64,000 nt of DNA from Tubulanus polymorphus (GCF_964204645.1 NC_134036.1:9279859-9343858), one strand, 5' to 3'. Shown: positions 46,739 through 61,744, counted from the first letter of the stretch. The notes: generated from the letters alone by a model not told the origin. Made by a program: numbers and translations.

Positions 46739-48408
46739 TTACTTGATATTTTTTGATATCATATTCACTAACCCAAAAATAATAGCACTTACAACTGTAA
46801 TTAAAAATAAAATAATATGTTCAGCAGCAAAGTTAATAATGTTTCCTGCAGATTTCAATATAAAACCAACAATTGATGCAATAATTCCTGGTAAAGCTGC
46901 AGCAGATTTTTTAGATAGTTCCCATAAATATTTTGCTAATTTCTTTAAACCATCTTTAACTTTATCTTGTATAGAATTATTATCATTCGGGGGTTTATCC
47001 GGTTCATTGGGAGTAGGAGTAGATTTTAAAGCATTTGATATTGCTAAACCAATTGTTGTAAATAACATAGTTACAGCTGTTAGAATTGAAAGAATTGTTA
47101 TTCCTTCTAAATTAAATAATAACTTTATTCTATCTTTCAATGATATTTTAGAATCTGGTTTAATTATTAAATCTTTAAAAATAATTTTTTAATATGATTA
47201 AGATCATATGATTTTAATAATGTATCTCTTTCTTCTTTTTGTAATTTTATGTTATATTCTAAATCATCTATTTCTTTTACTAAAGCTAACTTTCTACTTT
47301 CATAATCAGCTTCATAAACTACTTGATGATCTCTATTTAATTCTAATTGTTTTAATTCTTCATCTGCATTAGCTAATTCTTTTTCTAACATGGTTATTTT
47401 AGAAAATCTCATCTTAATATTAGCAATTTCATCAGCTGATACTTGTATACCTTTAATTTCTCTACGTATTTGTTCGGGAAATGTTTCTAATTCTTCATCA
47501 GTTAAATTAAGAAATCCTTTTTCTAGTAAATATTGCAGTCGATTTATTCCAGCACTATTCATCTCTTTTTCTGAGTCTCTTAATCTATCAATTTGTTTTT
47601 CTAATTTTAATTGACTTGAATAATTATCAATTGGTTGAGTGTCTCTTCTCGATGTTTCGGGTGTTGAAGATCTTAATCTATCTAATCGATCTCTATTCTC
47701 TTCCATTTCTGGATCAAAATCAGTAGGATTTGGATTTGGATTTTTAAATGGTGAATATTTGTTTATATCAATATTAGGAATTGGTTCTTCTTTATTTATT
47801 CTATCGAGTGCATTCCATATAATTCTGAGAAATTCTGCGCCACCTTTTGAACGTTCAATTGTAGATCTTGCTAACATTTCAGGTTCAAAAATATTTTCTT
47901 GACCCATTTTAGATAATTGTATTGATGCAGTTTTGTTATTTAATTCAACATTATAATACCATGAATCATTTTTAAATTCTAAATTATTCGTGAAATATGG
48001 GTCATCTTTTAAAATTTGTTCTACAACATCTTCAGTATCAATTTCATGTATTACAACTATTGGTAATAATTCGTTAACAATTGTATCTGTTACTCTAGAT
48101 TTCATTTTATATAATTCCATTTTTTTATCAGGATATTTTTCTTGTTGTTTTTCTAATAGTTCCATAAATTCTTTTTTTTCTCTTCTAGTTGAAATTCTAC
48201 CACTTTCAGGAGCTTTTAAATATTTATTTAATTTTTCACGTAATTCAGAATTAATTCCATCATAATCATCATCTTCATCTAAATTAGTATTATATTCTGT
48301 TTTATTATCATTACTAAAACTTGCTTCATCAAAATCAGGTTGATGTTCATCACTTATACCAGGTTCATCTAAAGGATCCATTGGAAAATCTTCTCCACCT
48401 TCTGCCAT
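46739..48408 (-). pseudogene. Ortholog of the 557-aa coiled-coil/TM gene, frameshifted near 47190
   Basis: Two ORF fragments align to 8087-9760. Confidence 0.85.
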
Positions 48409-48424
48409 TTACATAATACAAAAA

Positions 48425-50187
48425 TTAAATCTTAAAATATAATATTCCTCCGATTACAATTCCTATACAAGTTATAGCTAATTTAGTATTTTCATGGGAT
48501 TTATTATCATCATTTAGTTTAATTATATCATGTTGAATAATATCAGTTTTTATATCTTCTGATGTATTATAATCTTTTATTTTAGAATCATTATTTAATT
48601 TAATATTATTAGTTTTAGTTTCAGTTGATTGAATATGTTTTTTATTTTTTTCACCTTCCATTAATTTTGGAGCAGTGATAATCTTTTTATTTATATCATT
48701 TAATCCAAATGAATTATTTATTGTTGCAGTTTTAATTAGATTATTATAACCAATTATGTTTCCCATCTTTAATACTAAATCATTAGAAATAATAAATAGA
48801 TTAGGGCCTATACAATAATTTAATCTAATATGTGATTTATCTAAATAATTTTGATATCTTACAATGTTTTCTGGAATCGATCTATTTTTATCATTATGAA
48901 TTGAATCTTCAAATAATACTTTAAACTATTTCTGCGCATCGAATGAAGTGTTATAATTTCCAATTATTGGGGATCTTTTTTCAACTTGCGCACCTAAAAT
49001 ACATATCAAATAAGTTCTAATAGATTGATTTATTCTTTGTATACCTGATTTTGTAAAACCTTCACCATTTTCTAAAATGAAATTAACCCAACCATTATTA
49101 TTATCAATTTTATAATTATGATAAGCTGAAATTCTATGCATATAATCAATTCTTTTTATTTCAAACTCTTCACTTTATAAAACTTAGATAGATTAATATT
49201 ATTATCCAATTCTTTAAAATATTTAGACCCGGGTAAAGGACATTCTAATTCATTTAATATTATTCTGATTTGAAAATATGTGTGAAATCTAAATATTGTG
49301 TGAATTAATTTTAAATCAGAATACTTCAAATTTTTATCTAAGTTATTTAAATGATCATTCCAACTTATTCCACATCCTGTTGTTGCACAATAAACAGCAA
49401 AATCTAATTGGTTCTGCCAATATTTCATATTAGATTTTACTTTATATATATGATATTCATCTCGAGTAAAAGTAACTTCATATGTATTAAATACATTTTC
49501 CATTTTAGAAATAAAAAACTGTGATTCAGTGACATAAATTTCTAAATTAGTTAATGAATTTAAAACTACATTTCTATATGTAATATTTTTCTTAAAATCT
49601 ATTGCAGGAATATTATATTTAATTGATTTATTATATTGGAAAGCTTTAGTTGCTTCGAATGTTTTTGTAGGATCGATTAAATTGCAATAAATATAAAAAT
49701 GTGTGTGAGGTATTAAGTTTGGTGTAACAGCATCAATATTTGTAAAAGATCTATCTGGAAGAATTCCTAACAGTTTAGCTATAGGTTTTTTTACCATAAA
49801 TTTATGTTTTTCACTATTAGACAACCTTATCTTTATTCTATCAGAACTCTCACTTTTTAAAAATCTAATACTAAACCCAGAACTACTACCTAATTTGTGC
49901 CAGGCTTTTCTATTAATTTCTTGTGCCAATGTATCTAAATTATATAACCCTGGCTTTAAATATATATAGACCCATTCATTTTTGTTTTTATTAAAAATTA
50001 AAAAAGCTCTTTGTTCAATAGTTTTATTCGATATACTGTAAAATGAGTTACATAAACTTATATTTACTAATTTTAAATCTACACAATTTTTATATTCCCT
50101 ATCTAATTGAACTAGTAAATTATGAGATTTATAATTTGTAAGTCTTCTAGAATCTACAAATATTCTGTATTCTTTTAATTCTACCAT
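48425..50187 (-). pseudogene. Deletion fusion of the penton N-terminus to the 442-aa gene
   Basis: Junction TFEATK|AFQYNK near 49643; further deletion and stops downstream. Confidence 0.85.
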
Positions 50188-50204
50188 TTATTTTACATAT
50201 TTTC

Positions 50205-50564
50205 TTATTCGAAATCTATTTCATGGTGCCCCTCTTGGTGCCCATTCTTACCTTTGTATACGAAATAGAAATCTCCAGAACATAATTCTTCTAAATCTTC
50301 ACTTGATAATCTATGAAATCTATCAGGTAAATATGTTCTGAATTTATATGTATTTCCTTTTAATCCTTCATATTCTAAGTGTATAACTAATTTATCTCCA
50401 TAGTTATTAGTAACTGTATCAATATTTGTAATTAGATATTTCTTATCAATTGTTAATTCTGTTAACTTTTTGAGTTTATAATCTACAGATTTTACATTTG
50501 TTATATGTTTAATTCTATCTAGAAATAATTTGTTGTTCTCACTGTGTGCTTGTTTACTCTCCAT
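50205..50564 (-). CDS. Ortholog of the 113-aa protein (119 aa)
   Basis: Intact; aligns to 4112-4453. Confidence 0.75.
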   Translation of the reverse strand: MESKQAHSENNKLFLDRIKHITNVKSVDYKLKKLTELTIDKKYLITNIDTVTNNYGDKLVIHLEYEGLKGNTYKFRTYLPDRFHRLSSEDLEELCSGDFYFVYKGKNGHQEGHHEIDFE

Positions 50565-50593
50565 TTTAATAACATATTTTTATTAAAATTTGA

Positions 50594-53500
50594 TTAACAC
50601 GTTAGAATTCTTTTCATTATCTCGTTCTCTTTTGTTTCTTCTCTTTTAAATTTTAAGTATTCATCTAAATTGCAACCATAAGCAACTGTATGAATTCCAT
50701 CATCTAAAATATATCTTTTATCATCAAATGGGTTTAGACTTATCTTTTCAATTTCTTCAATAAACATTTCATGATCTTCAGATCTTAAACATCTCATCTT
50801 ATGTTTTCTAACTTCTTCTTTGAATATACAATTGATGTAATCTTTGAAATGAATATTCTTTTCTACTACACTTTTGGTTATTCCTTTTAACTTTTTAGCT
50901 TCATGTTCTTTAGTTTTATATGAATACATTTTAGATCTAATACCAATGAATTCAATCATTTCTTCACCACCTAATTCATCTTTGAATTTACCGGGAACTT
51001 TTTTATTATCATTGCTAAACAATTCATGATCTTTAGGATAATTACTAAAATCAAAATGATGTTTTAATGTTTTTAAATCATCAGTTATGTTATCAGTTTT
51101 TATCTTTAATATGTAAGAATCGGTATCAAAATATAATATTTCTATATGTTTTTCTCCAAAATGAGGTTGTAATACGTTATAATAGAATTCATACATTAGT
51201 AATTTTGATAATTCTAAAACTGAAGCGCCAACATAGATTGGTTTATTAAATTTCATTGATGTTCTTCTCATCTTAACTGCGGCTAAATTTTCATCAAATA
51301 TTCTGTTTCCAATGAACTTAGGATATGTTTGTAAATGTCTAATTCTTTTACCATTACTGACTAACTCAATATCATTTCTATTTCTAATATTTTCACAAGT
51401 CTTACCATAGAATGCATTATTCATTAACTTGAAGAAATCTTTTTTCGAAATCAGTTTTAGCTTTAGTTCTCTGTTTGGTGTTAAAATCTATATATTTTTC
51501 TAACCACTTAGATTGACTAAATGAAATATATCTATGTACTTTTTTTAGGATCATTCCTTGATTCAAATAAAACTTTAACATTCTATAATGTACTACATAA
51601 TTATATTTATCTTCTTGAGTTACCATTAACTTTTCTGTATGAATATGATTTTCGGGTTTAATTCTTTTTTGGTAATTTGATAATTCTTCATGAGTTACAG
51701 TTTTATGTTCGGGACAGTATGCTAGATTTCTAGATTTAAATCCAAATACTCCATAAGGTTGTGGTTCCATCATTGCCCAACCATAAAGATTATTTGCATC
51801 TATATATAATAACTTATATCCGGGGTTATCATTTACATTGAAATATCTATCCCCTAATACACCTGAAACTCCTCCTCTTATAGATTTTTCAAATAATAAT
51901 AATTGATCTATATTTGTTAACAAATCCATTTTTATATTTGTAAATTTTAATCCACAATCCCATGTTAAACCTGGTGATGAATAACAATGACAAGGATCAA
52001 TATTGAAATATTTTAGGTTTACATCTCTAAACCTTTCGAATATATCGGTTAATAATAATACATCTGATTTTAAATATATATCTACTAATTGTCCATGATT
52101 TTCTATTTTGAAATGATTCCAAATATTCAATGTTCTATTATAGACTTCATCTTTAACATATTCATTTTTTAATTCATCATAGAATTGTTCTTTCAATAAT
52201 TCAGTTATATTGAAATCATTATGATTCTTATAAAATGAATATGGAATTGCTCCTTTATATCTCATTAATTTAAAATCATCATTATTTGGGTAATGTTGTT
52301 TTAATATCTTTAATTCATCATCAACTAATGATTTTGGTAAGTTATCTAATGAACTATTTAAAAATCTATATGAATCTATAAATCTTTAACACCCAAATTG
52401 GAATGATATATAATTCTCAGATGTTTTAGCTAACATTCTAAATTTATAAGTTGGTATTTTATCTTTTGATCTATTTGAATTTAATATTTCTATTTCATTA
52501 TTGATTTTTTCTATTTTATGGCATAACTGTTTGATGAATAAATGTGCATCATATCCTGATAGATTATGAAATATAACTGGTACAAAGTTAATTTTCTTAG
52601 CTTGTAAGTTACAATTTTCATGTGCAGCACCTCTAAACTTTCCATTCAAATGATCATGGTCTCTTACTTTTTTATCTTTATAATTAAATATCTTTTCACA
52701 ATAATAACATTTACCTGCAAACACAAATTCTTCTTTAAATTCTTCTGTCATTATAATTTCTATATTTGTATTCAATAATTTACTAAATCTTATTTCATAT
52801 TCAATTAATAAGTCACAAAAATCATTGATAACATTTTCATTTCTGTAATGATAATATTCACTTTCAATTAGTTCTGGATAATCAGATTTTATATATAACC
52901 CGAAAGCAGCAGCTGATTGATGAATCTTTTTAATTGTATTTGTTTTTGGTGGTTCATCTGAAAAATCATTTTCATTAGAATTTAATTTCTTTCTTTTATA
53001 ATATATTTCTTTTCTATCTTGATCAGTTAGTTCTTTATTTAATGATTCAAAATCTCCATATATTACAAATGGTACTTTATTTTTGTAATCATAGTTTTTG
53101 AATTCTAATATTTTATACTTTTCATTTGGTAAAACTAATTTACAATAATCATGATTTTCACATAATTGTTTATGATTTAATAATGTACTTTCATTACTGA
53201 ATTTATGTAAACATTTTCTACTAAGATATATTTTATGGTGATCATTTTCTGATTTAAAAAATAAATCTATTTGTTTAATCCACATACAATGATTCTCATG
53301 ATATAATATATCTATAACATCATTTGAATCATAATCTTTTGATAGATATAAAGGTTCTAATGTATAATGTTTTATATTGTTACCTTTTGTATTTGGTAAT
53401 TTGATTAAATCAAATACATTTATTCTTAAATTATTATCTCTTTCTATCTTTGGGACGTTTTTAATTCTAACAGGATACTTATCTATCTTATAATTATTTT

Positions 53501-54497
53501 CAAATGGTTTATAATGAGTTAATCTACAAATATTATAAGTTGCAGGATGTAAACAACTTATTATAGTCCATAGTAAACATTTATCATCAAAATTTTGTAC
53601 ATTTATTACAGCATAAGTTTTAAATGGTAGTTTAATATAACTTGTTCCATTTATACTATCATCTTTATAATATGATAAATTATTTTCATCAATTGGTTTT
53701 GATTTAGTTAACTTATTATATTTTGTGTTATAAACATGTAAAGTCATAAATATTATTTCATCAAATATTAAACCAGATCCTTCAAAATATTTCTCTTCTA
53801 TTTTAGTTTTTACTTCATTAGAACATTTATCTAATTTATGATCTATATGTTGTTTAGATATAATATGTTGTGAATGAGAATTTATATTATATATTGGTTT
53901 ATCTTCAGATTTTATGAATTTAACTTTTGATGAAATACTTATTTTAGGATATTCAACATCAGTTATTATTTTTATTATTTCTTTCATATTTTCTAAATGT
54001 TTTTTATTTTCTTCTAATGTTTTTCCTTTATGAAATTTAAACTCAATAGCTGCTGGGCCAATATCACTTTTAAATGCTTCGGTTATCTCTATATCTTTTT
54101 TATTATCTAATGAATTAATATAATTTCTTATATCTTCCATGTATGGTCTTTTATTGTTTAATCTATTTTTTATGCTTTTAATTGTCTTCTGTTTCTTATC
54201 GTTATCATTATCAAAATAATCTTCACCTAAAATATCATTATTCTTATTTCTAATATGACTTATAGATTTTAAATGTTCTTTATAATATCTTTTATCACTG
54301 AATGATTGATTACATGCATCACATTTATATGTTTCTTTTTCATTCTTTAATTCTTCTAATTTAGTTTCTAATATATCATCTTTATATTCTAGTTTCAATT
54401 TATTCTCTAAATGTGTATTAGTTTTATTGTGTCTTGCTTTTTGGGATTTATCTATATTGATATTACATGATGGACAGTAGTACTTATTTGCTTCCAT
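50594..54497 (-). pseudogene. polB: pPolB, copy 2 (stop at 52386-52388, internal deletion near 51745, frameshift near 51440)
   Basis: Three ORF fragments align to copy 1; motif C YFDTDS is uninterrupted. Confidence 0.93.
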
Positions 54498-55539
54498 TTT
54501 AATACTAAATTTTTTATTAAAATTGATTTTAGAAGTTCAATGATTTAAATGTTATTCATTTATATGAATATTTTAAGAGTAATAGGGGTAATGGGCTTTC
54601 GGGTTAAAGGTTGAATGGTCGAGTTCATTAAAAACAAATATTAAAAGTAATTTGAAACTATAATATATTTTCATAACCGTGTGCATTTCAGTTAAATAAT
54701 GGAATAATAATCAAATCACCATATGTCCAGGAAAAAGACACTCGTTTGCATACTATACTGTATAATTCCTAAACTGAATGATCAGCCGGTATTGAACAGT
54801 ATTTGCCAATTCTTTCTACATTTGAATGAATCATTTACAAATTAAAATGGAATTTTCCGTTATTAATCTAGGGAGTCAGTACATTTCCTCGAGTAGTAAT
54901 TTATCTACATGGTGAATGAAACGTATACTTTCAGCCGGAACAAATTACTGAAAAAGAGGTTTTGAGTCCTGTTATGGTAAGTGTTGATTGAAAAAATTTA
55001 TAAGCTAGTGTAAAAGTAGCGCCGTTTATTTTCGATCTGGTTTCACTTATCATAATAATGTAACTTTGGCTTTTTTCATCAGATGATTGATATTAGGGAT
55101 ATTGATTGATTGATTTATTGTTTGGAATTGTGTGTAGTATTTGAATGTTTTATAATTTTGTCTCATTCCAGATCATGTTCTGAATTGTAGATTGGGGGTT
55201 ACCGCGGCCCAAATTAGAAAGAAAATTGGACAAATGCTGAAACAGTATAAATTGACGAAGTAAATCTGTAAATATTTGAAAATAAAATTCCCATCAACAT
55301 GTAAGCTTACACAAGTGAGTTATTACATTTGGTTGGTAATTTTGAAACTTCATTTTGTTTTGCCACTATGTGGATCTCCTTTCAGGCAATGAGTTTTTAG
55401 GAAATTGTGAAATATGGATGAAACAATGAAAGAAGTGGTCAAATTTTGACCATTATGAATGTGTGCTTATACTTCTTCTTGAATACAGTCGTGTGGAGCT
55501 TGAACAATGAGGATGACTGCAGATCACATGCGTTAAAAA

Positions 55540-55765
55540 TCACACATGACTGTGTTATGTGACATGTGTGATTTACATTCAGGGCCGTATCACACGTATG
55601 ATTCACATGTGTAAAAATGGGTTAATTAGATTAGAAAATCACACGTGTGATTCACATACAAAATCACACGTGTGATTCACATACAAAATCACATGTGTGA
55701 TAATGTCCCATTTTTACACATGTGAATCACACGTGTTTTTTAAAAAATCACATGTGTGATTTTTT
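55540..55765. repeat. Array of palindromic ATCACACGTGTGAT-type units (MITE-like)
   Basis: Repeated AATCACACGTGTGATT / CACATGTGTGA. Confidence 0.7.
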
Positions 55766-56931
55766 TGTTAGGGAAGTTTACTGAAAGTGTTTGTTGGCCG
55801 GGCTAGTTATTTTTAAACAGTTTTTAAATAGTTTTTATTTAAACATAACTAGAACTTGTCATGATCCAATGAAAACATATAACATCTAAATAAAAGAAAT
55901 CTTAACATTCATTATATCAGTATATCATCGTAGTTTTCTTATTTTTCATTGGTTTTGTACACTTGATCAAAATGCATAATATAGACACGGACATACGTAT
56001 AGCGGAGAAAGAATTCCCGAGATATCTAGAGCTCGTATATGCTTTGCGGATCCTGTTGCCTGCAGTGCGTATATAAGTGCTGAAAGTACTAAAACAAAAG
56101 AATACGTAATACAGATTATTCACGAAACCGCATATATCCGTTCGTATGGGGATCAACAGACGGGTGTCCAATCAAAATACGTTTGCATATACGGGATAAT
56201 CGCTTCGAATCCGCAATGTATCCATTCATTGCGGTTATGACTAATCAAAGAATACGTCATATAACCGATGCGGATACTGCGGATAATTGTTTCAACTCGT
56301 CGAAACCGTCGAGTCGGATTTCTTTAATCCGTCAAGCATACGTCAAGTGTCAGTTGCGTATCTGTCTAAGTATCAGCAACGGACAACCGACGTATGGTCG
56401 GGGATCTATCAATACATACGCAGATCCGTTTTCCCGGATTCTTCAATGTCAGTTACGGATTGGGGTCAGATATCAAACATATACGACCATTATCCGTTAA
56501 GAATACGTCATAAATACGAGGTCGGATATTGGTACTTTTCACCCTGTGGTCAGAGTATCGGTCACGTGCCAGGTGACCCCAGATGTCACAATACGCGTGT
56601 CCATTGTAGGACACGTGGGCGTGGTCGGAGATTGACGGAATTTACCGAGTGCTCACGGAAAACGAGATACCATCATCATGAATATAATCATATATTTGTA
56701 ACTGTAGCATCATTGCTTGTTGATTGATCTAATTAAGTGTAATATAAATTTGGATAAAATTATGACTGAAATCTGTGGAACCTTCTGGCTAAAAGACCGA
56801 TTTTGTGGCGGGAAAAAATCTAAATTTTGTCGAAAGTAAAACACCGTGTGTAAAGGTAATGGTTTCGGGGTATGAATACCTCGAGGACTCAGGGTAGGTA
56901 GGTACCTCCGGTTTCTCTTCAACCTCGTTTA

Positions 56932-57146
<215 letters not shown>

Positions 57147-57644
57147 AGACTTGTTAATTCTGTAAATGTGTATATATTGAAGGATGATAGACTATTTGAT
57201 AACGATGTCTAGTATGTAAATACGATTCTGTACCGATAACTGTATATAATTTTTCAAAATTTTAAGAAAAAAACAAAAGCAATATAAAAAAAAGATAAAA
57301 AGTACTGAAAAAAAGGGAAAAAAAGTTAAAAAAGAACGAAAATTTTTTATATCCTATTTGGAAAGAGTAGAACAACCTAAAATGAAAAGAGATAACAGTT
57401 ATTTAAGAACTTTCCCTCTCGGTCGTAAGGTGTTTTTACACCTAATACACGGAGCTAGAGGTGATTTTTTTTTTCTTTTTAAACTGCATATTCTCGCTAC
57501 AATCATGTAACAATTATTCAGTCCCCCACATGACTCCAGTGGGTGCGATGTAGATGTAATGGAGCTTTCCATTAAATAATAAAGTAAGATAAAAAAAAAA
57601 AAAAAAAAAAAAAAAAATCGTTTAAATCTTTCGCCTTTTACTAA

Positions 57645-58040
57645 AGACTTCCGTGGAGAGGAACAATCAATGAGTCTATGGACTTAATTTTAAAAGCCCT
57701 CCTTATGACAATAATATAGGAAATGTACTGTCATTCAATCACAACCAGCCAACTAAATAACGGGGTCAATCTCTTGGTTCTATACTGTAAATCTAAATGT
57801 ATAGATTTAACAACTTAGTTTAATCAATGTAACCTCATTGTATTTAGAAGCGGGGGTTTCGACCCCCCACCTCGATTCAGCTCCCCACTAGACCCAGGTG
57901 GGTGATTAGCGCCGTTGTAAATGGGGTCAATCAATTGAGGGACACGTTCCCAATAAAAGAAAGATAAGATTTTTTTTTTAAATTTCCGTGGAGAGGAACA
58001 ACCAATGAGTCTATTGACTGATTTTTGAAGCCCTCCTGAC
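57645..58040 (+). repeat. Two copies of a ~60-bp dispersed repeat (TTCCGTGGAGAGGAACAA.CAATGAGTCTAT)
   Basis: Copies at ~57649 and ~57983. Confidence 0.7.
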
Positions 58041-58346
58041 CAGGATGGTAACTTATAACATTAATGTAAGATTTCATCCTGCCAATCACCTACGGCATAC
58101 CGACTATCCGCGTCAACCGGTGGCCTAGCTTAGATTTAAGTCCAGTCTAACACTATTTTGGTTATATAGTCGATGTAACATTTTACTACCGATCAGATAA
58201 CTCTTGGACTACTTAAGGCTCTATTTTAGGGCGGGTGATTAGCTGTAGCATTTTTACAACCTGATAATTCAAATGGTGAAGGAATGCAAAATAACCTGTT
58301 TTGTAAAAAACTAACCCCAGTTTTGATGTCAGTTTCATGAATTCAT

Positions 58347-58461
58347 CAGGATCCAGTTCCACAGTTGTGAGTTAGAGTTAACTCTTAAGTTAAAGTTAGT
58401 TCATTTTCAATGAGTTTACTCAAATTCAAATCTTAACTCACAACTGTGGAACTGGGTCCTG
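58347..58461. mobile_element. 115-bp MITE, possibly PIF/Harbinger-like (CWG flanks)
   Basis: 28-bp inverted ends CAGGATCCAGTTCCACAGTTGTGAGTTA / TAACTCACAACTGTGGAACTGGGTCCTG. Confidence 0.75.
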
Positions 58462-60126
58462 TTTCATAAACATTATTTAAATACCATCGTCCTTTTTGTC
58501 CTTTATAGTTGAAAAAAAAGTTGATTGACGCCACGGGTGTGTCCATTCATGTCAATGTCTTGTCATTTAAGTGTACACAATGACACTGCATACTAGTACA
58601 CCGGTCACGGTTCTGGTTCTGTCACTGCAGAGATAGCGTGTCCGTGTACAATCCATATTAAAGAAACTTTGTAATGCTGGATATTGAATAATAAAATGCC
58701 CATGGGCAAAGTGTGGTTTACCTTGAAAGCTAAAGGTTGTTTGGAATGAGGGCATTGTTTGAAAAATCATCTCCGTAGTGCACGGGAAATTTGTCTAATA
58801 GCGTAGATTTCGAGAATTATTCTAAAATTATAACTTCGTCCAGAGCGTCATCTCTGTGTTAAAAATGAAACAGTACATTGAATATGTGCGCTTGTACGTT
58901 ACCAGCTTTTTAATATAGTCACTATGAGAATGAATGGCAGCTTATTGGAACACTGCCAGTTTCCTGGAAAACTTAAGTTAGGCCACATGTCAAGGCATGT
59001 TTTCACACGATGCACACTTGAATTCAAACATACGTACCTCATACGTAGGCAGTGGGTCGGTCGGCCGTTTTTATCAAAAATAAAATGTATTTCAATGAAT
59101 CCCAATAAAAAGTTTTCACTCGGTACCTTTGAAGTCGGGTCGGTGGGGGTATGGCAAAAAGACCATTAACATGGGATGGCCTAAAATTCATATGATGTCA
59201 CATCTCAGAGGGTGGCTGAATATTGGGTCTTCGAAACCCCTCTTCCAATGTTGGCGGCCGAAGTTAAAATACCGGTTCGTGTTATAATAGATATAATATA
59301 TAACAGATCGTGTTATATCCAGGAATTAACGACTACTACATTTAGACCTCGACCTATACTTTGGATTGCTGCTTAATATTTTCAGGTCACAAGAAATTGC
59401 AATTTATTACAGCGCTCATCTTCTGCTAGGATCATTCAGCCTATTTTCATGCCAAACGTGCACGCGTTACATCATCACCATTAGTAGTGTACTGTACGAG
59501 CTTGTGTGAGTGTCGTGTAGCACTCCGTGCGCACGTGGAGGCCTCGTGTAAGTGAATGTTCGCTTACACTTAAATTTCATTCAAAACAATCACCGGGTAT
59601 TACAATGAAACAATACCTATGGCGGATGTATGAAATATTTACATCCTCACCAGCAATGAGCATTTAAAATTCGCATGTATACGGCACCTAGTCTAATGAA
59701 ACCTACGCCATTCTATGGCTTTCCCATAATTATTTTAGTAATGCCGGAATTCCCCGTATATCCCAAAAACAGCCAATCCCATTCGCTCGTAGAATATATC
59801 GAGGTCATTATTATTATTCATAAAATTTTATAAGCGAGAGCTAAGAATTTTCCCGCAAAAAACAGTTTTTCGTTGAATTTTAACTCAGTTGACCATGTCA
59901 TCGACGATGGTTCGCCATGTCTTCAATCGCATCGATTATACGTAATTTAAGCCGAGAACCAATGAAACAAATGCTCACATAAAAAAAACGTAGCGCGATT
60001 TTACATGAATTGGCTCAATGCCAACATCATATCGCAATAATATATAAATATATTGTCGTTTACCCTATATTCTGTACACTATTCCAGTGTCAGCATTCGG
60101 AATCAGTATTTCTCAAAAGCTGTTAC

Positions 60127-60340
60127 TTAGAAGATCTAAAAGATGAAGAAATATTAGGTTATTTCTATGAACAAGAATTATCACTTGTACCAAATCCAGA
60201 TGAAATAGAATACAAAATAGAAAAAGTATTGAAAACAAAAACTTACAGGAAAAAAGTATTCTTTGGTGAAATATAAAGGATACGATGATAAATTTAATGA
60301 ATGGATTGTACCTAGTAAAATTAAAAGAATAAATGAATAA
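60127..60340 (+). pseudogene. Integrase chromodomain fragment
   Basis: LEDLKDEEILGYFYEQELSLVPNPDEIEYKIEKVLK; abrupt junction to host DNA at 60127. Confidence 0.85.
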
Positions 60341-60944
60341 AGATTTATTTATATTTGAACCGCATAATATGTTAGTTACTGGAGTAACCAATTGTGGTAA
60401 AACACATTTCATATTAGATTTGTTAGAAACTATTTATAAGAATCATTTTGATAATATAATATTATTCGGTCCTACTTATGAAATGAATAAAACATATAAT
60501 AGGGATATAGTTAAAATAAAAAAGTTTATTATATTAGATCCTAAAACAGTAAAAGAAAATTTAGATAATTGTATAAAAATAGCAATTGATACTTATAAAG
60601 GATCAAATACATTATTCATTGTAGATGATTGCGCTAATTTACATGATTCAAAAGTGAGAGAAAGTGAGTTATGTTACTTAGCTTTCTCTGGGAGACATTT
60701 TGGGATAACAACATGGGTTTTAAATCAAAAACATAATTCAATTGTTAAAGACTTTAGGGAGAATATAAGATTTCTAGTTTTATTCTACAATAAAGATAGA
60801 AAATCTATGCAACAATCATTGGAAGAAAATCAAATTATACCTACTGAATTACATGATGAATATATGAATAAATTAAAGAATAATAAAGGTTCAAAATTAT
60901 TACTGAGACTACAATTTCCCTATGAATATAAATTTATAAAATAA
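60333..60944 (+). CDS. Packaging ATPase, copy 3 (open frame)
   Basis: GVTNCGKT, FIVDD, GRHFG. Confidence 0.9.
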   Translation: MNKDLFIFEPHNMLVTGVTNCGKTHFILDLLETIYKNHFDNIILFGPTYEMNKTYNRDIVKIKKFIILDPKTVKENLDNCIKIAIDTYKGSNTLFIVDDCANLHDSKVRESELCYLAFSGRHFGITTWVLNQKHNSIVKDFRENIRFLVLFYNKDRKSMQQSLEENQIIPTELHDEYMNKLKNNKGSKLLLRLQFPYEYKFIK

Positions 60945-61341
60945 CTATTAGTATACCTATGTATTACATACCCTAATACCTGATACCCTATTAGATACCC
61001 TAATACCTACTATGTATTAGATACCCTATTAGATACCTTAAATACTTAAAACCCCCTTTTTTAAAATAAATATTATCTATACAATTTTCAACCAATTTAT
61101 TTTTATTTTTTCAACTATTATATGAATAAGTTTGAAATAATAAAGGTTATATATTATTACTGAGGTTTCAATATAAATTTAAAAAAGAAATATAATTTAA
61201 GGTATTTTCAAATAATATGTATTAGATATGTATTAGATATGTATTAGATACCTTAAATACTTAAAACCCCCTTTTTTATTTACTATTATTTTATACAATT
61301 TTGAACTAATATTATTATTTGAGTTAAATATAATTAATATT

Positions 61342-61740
61342 TTAATCACTTTCACTATCATACCCTAACATTTTTTTCAAATTCTCTACCGAATTTTCTT
61401 CTTCAAATTCTTTATTATTTTTATACTTATTCTTCACCCTTTTTATCGCATCATCAATAGTTGTTTCACTGTTATGCTTATTCATCCAATCAAATTTATC
61501 ACTATTTTCTACTTTATGTTTCATAGAATCTTTAATATCAATATCTGTAACTATATTTTCATTATCATCTTTATTAGTGTTTGCTCCTAATATTTCATTT
61601 ACAATGTTTGATCCTAATATTTTATTAGCATCGGTTAAATCTAATTCATCTTTATTAGGTGTTGCTAATAATAAATCTTCATATAATTCTTTACCGTTTA
61701 CTTTTTTATTTGAAACAAACTTTGTAACATATTTAAATGG
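61342..61740 (-). pseudogene. 3' part of the copy-1-type variable gene
   Basis: PFKYVTKFVSNKKVNGKELY...ELDLTDAN...MKH...MLGYDSESD matches 11635-12070. Confidence 0.8.
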
Positions 61741-61744
61741 GTGT

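Larger units (their letters stand above)
38277..54708 (-). mobile_element. Polinton/Maverick-type element, copy 2 (inverted, decayed, right terminus truncated inside the hairpin)
   Basis: Same gene order as copy 1 in reverse; starts AGTAATAGGGG at 38277 inside a host repeat; ~38497-38820 is an inverted repeat of ~54385-54708. Confidence 0.95.

Noticed and set aside
50222-50245. GHQEGHH insertion in the copy 2 119-aa gene as another palindromic micro-element
   Set aside because: It is a local duplication of GGGCACCA, not the 27-bp element.
55917-56727. Cluster of overlapping ORFs
   Set aside because: No recognisable motifs; rich in ACGGAT/ATCCGT repeats, probably a transposon remnant.
60010-60126. 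N-terminus of the 88-aa ORF as a host-integrase fusion gene
   Set aside because: TTG start in flanking DNA reading by chance into the truncated, frameshifted integrase.
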